Shown here piece by piece: positions 61,061-64,000 of a DNA stretch of 64,000 nt. This stretch comes from the human T2T-CHM13v2.0 reference genome, Homo sapiens. The notes under the pieces were generated by a model. It was not told where the DNA came from, did not search any database, and saw only the letters and a list, made by a program, of their open reading frames with translations. Position 1 is the first letter of the stretch. Each line of letters opens with the position of its first letter. Made by a program: the position numbers and the translations under genes. Location: NCBI RefSeq assembly GCF_009914755.1, contig NC_060931.1; one strand, written 5' to 3'.

Positions 61061-61951
61061 GACATACACACAATTTTTTCACCTTTATAAAAATAGAGCA
61101 ACTATATACAAAACAATATAGTGCATATATCTATATATTTAATGGGTTTTAAATTTATAAATGAGAGTTTGAAATGATATAAAACAAGTTCTTAATTGTG
61201 GTTATTTCTGTGGAAAAAAAGTTGGGTGGAAGGAGAGATTTTCCTTATATCTTTAAACAGTCAAGGAGCATGTATTACTTTGATAATAAAGGAACATATA
61301 TTAACATATATATGTTACATAAATAGAATAAAGAGAGAGACCACCATTAAAATAAAACTTTAGGAACTTTTTAAAAATATGTGGCTTAAAACAAATTAGG
61401 GAGTAGGTAAAGATGGAATAACAAGGTAGAAAAATTGCCATTGCTCAGATGAACAACTGCATTCAAATATTGCATAACTAAAGCTATAAATGTATATTTC
61501 TATGCCTCTCTGTGTGTATATCACAGTTGTTAATTTCTATCCAATCTGCTTCCCAGTTGTTTCTGGAATCCACCACTGCCTCTCCACCATTACTGTCATT
61601 ACCCTAGTTGAGTCAAGGAAAAGCAAATTGTCTTTGAGAAAGGTCAAATGTACGGGCATAATTTGCTTAAACCAAATATAGGTTTTAAAATTTAAAATTA
61701 ACTACCAATTCATATAATTGTAAGATTATTATTTTTGGCTCCCACTATAGGGTTACAAGATCTAGAATACTGCCACATTCCTACAAAGCAATGAGCTTTA
61801 GGAATTGAGTAGATGCCATCTCCTTAGATATGATATGTGCTCTCAGTTTTCCATAGTACTTATCAGTCCTGTTTCATTTATTTAAGTAAACTGCCTGACC
61901 ATTGATATTAACTGGCATAAATGTGTCTCTCCAAAGTATTATGATGGCCTC

Positions 61952-62524
61952 TGTGATGGTTAATATTGAATGTCAACTTCATTGGATTGAAGGATGCAAA
62001 GTTTTGTTCCTGGTGTGTCTGTGAGGGTGTTGCCAAAGGAGATTAATATTTGAGTCAGTGGACTGGTAGAGGCAGACCCACCTTCAGTCTGGTGTGTGTG
62101 TGGGGGAGGGGGTGGGGCTGGCACCATCTAATCAGCTGCCAGCATGGCAAGAATAAAGTAGGTAGAAGAGAGTGGAATGAACAGACTTAGTGAGTCTTCC
62201 AGCCTTCATCTTTCTCCCATGCCAGATGATTTCTGCCCTTGAACATCACACTCCAAGTTCTTCAGCTTTTGGACTCTTGGTATTACATCAGTGGTTTCCC
62301 AGGTGCTCTTGGGCCTTTGGCCACAGACTGAAGGCTGCACTGTTGGCATCCTGTCTTTTGAGGTTTTAGGAATGGAACTGGCTTCCTTGCTCCTCAGCTT
62401 GCAGATGGCTTACTGTGGGACTTGTGTGATCGTGTGAGTCAATACTCCTTAGTAAACTCCCCTTCATATACACATCTATCCTATCCTATTAGATCTGTCC
62501 CTCTAGAGAACCCTGACTAATACA
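61952..62524 (+). mobile_element. MLT2A (HERVL) solo LTR
   Basis: tgtgatggttaatattga.tgtcaact...gaaccctgactaataca; perfect 5-bp TSD gcctc. Confidence 0.93.
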
Positions 62525-62649
62525 GCCTCAAAACTGGTCTGGAATTACTCCAAGCTGCCAATCCTATTTCTATTAACCAAAGATAATGTCACTCTTGGGT
62601 GTAAATGAGGCACTTACAAACCTGCCATCATTTTTCATCACTTTACTTT

Positions 62650-62943
62650 CTGTCTTTTTTCTTTGACAGTCTCTCTCTGTCACCCAAGCTGGAGTGCACT
62701 GGCACTATCTTGGCTTACTGCAACCTCTGCCCCCTGAATTCAAGCAATTCTCATGCTTCAACCTCCCCAGTAGCTGGCACTACAGGCTCATGCCACCATG
62801 CCTAGCTAATCTTTTGTATTTTTAGTGGAGACAGAATCTCACCATGTTGGGCAGTCTGGTCTCAAACTCCTGATCTCAAGCAATCGCCCACCTTGGCTTC
62901 CCAAAGTGCTGGGATTACAGGCATGTGTGATCATGCCCAGCCC
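62650..62943 (-). mobile_element. AluJb/AluS
   Basis: Full dimer; TSD-like flanks tcatcactttactt and tcgtcactttactt. Confidence 0.9.
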
Positions 62944-63451
62944 CTTCGTCACTTTACTTCCCTTGCGTTTCTTGTGCTTTATCTAGAGTTCCTGGTTTCT
63001 TTCGTTGCTCCTTCCTAGACTCCAAATACACGTCTCTTATTATTCAGTGAAGCTAGTGTTTACTGAGTACAAGCCACATGCCAGGCTCTGTGCCAGGGAC
63101 TATGGATATAAAGCTCAGAGGCCAGCAGAAGGATAGAAAATTAAATTATCAATTTCAATAGTTGATGAAAATAGATCACTTAAGAACAACAACTAGCTTT
63201 GGCTCCAGAAGGGTAAATCAAAGAAGGCTTCAAGAATGAATTGTTGGAGATAAGTTGGGATATGAGCTGAGTATATGATATTCATAATATGTGGATTGAC
63301 TTCCTCTTGAGTGATGCCTAGTCAGGTAAATACTAGGTGTAGCTTAAAAAATTAATAGTAAAACAACCATTGGATATTTTTAAATGTGTTTTATTTCCAG
63401 AATGTACAACATAGTATATTAACATCATTAAGGCATAAATGTTGTTGAAAT

Positions 63452-63940
63452 TGATAAAGATTCTTTGCTTGACCAAACTTTAGTCAGGCTTCTAGACCTT
63501 TTCTTAGCCCCATATATGCACTTACTTCCTTGTAAAATCCAGTTTTAGCAAGAACCCTGTTAAGTCATTTTAGCAAGAATCCCCTGCCTTTAGTATCCGA
63601 TCACCCTCAATGTCTAATCAGATTCCTCATCCTCCATCCTCCAGGTAAGTTCTAATCACCTTGGCCTGTAATCAGCAAGAATCCTGTTAGATTCGTTTAT
63701 CAAGAATCCCCCTTACCCCTGATATTTCCTCTTGGAAATTTTCCTTCCCCTGACTCCCACACAGCTCCTTGGCCATAAATTCCCATTTGCCCATACTGCA
63801 TCCAGAGGTGAGCCCAATCTCTTCTCCCCTACTACAAAATCCCATTGCAATGATTCCTATACCTATCGCATAGATCCTGAATGAAGTTGTCCTTACTGTG
63901 CTGTAACAAGTGTCATTGAATGATTTTTATTTTTAATAAG
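63452..63940 (+). mobile_element. ERV1 LTR (MER31-like)
   Basis: tgataaagattctttgcttgaccaaactttagtcaggct...cagttttagcaagaaccctg repeats. Confidence 0.75.
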
Positions 63941-64000
63941 ATATATGTAATTACTAATAATCTCTGGTTACTAATAATATAGTTTTTTTTAAAGATTGAA

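Overview
AT-rich, repeat-dense primate (human-like) genomic DNA with no intact protein-coding gene that I can support. It carries Alu, L1 (two young L1PA2/3 fragments, one near-full-length L1PB, old L1M pieces), L2/MIR, MaLR LTRs (MST/THE1/MLT1), ERV1 LTRs (LTR12C, MER51, MER93, MER31), an MLT2A LTR and hAT MITEs. The long ORFs in the track are L1 ORF2 remnants or repeat-derived. The main non-repeat discovery is a 5'-truncated processed pseudogene of MED12 at about 37875-39212 (+), covering the PQL/OPA C-terminus and the 3'UTR. It is split by a THE1D/MSTA LTR and by a 195-bp locally copied insert, shows a short polyQ region, and has an internal deletion. Other notable items: two L1PA copies 21 kb apart that share unusual substitutions, a possible L1 3' transduction, a deletion scar joining four repeat families, a CpG-rich solo LTR12C pointing at the pseudogene, and a strong CTCF motif. 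Family names and MED12 homology come from my recall of consensus and reference sequences, not from a database search. Boundaries of old repeats are approximate.
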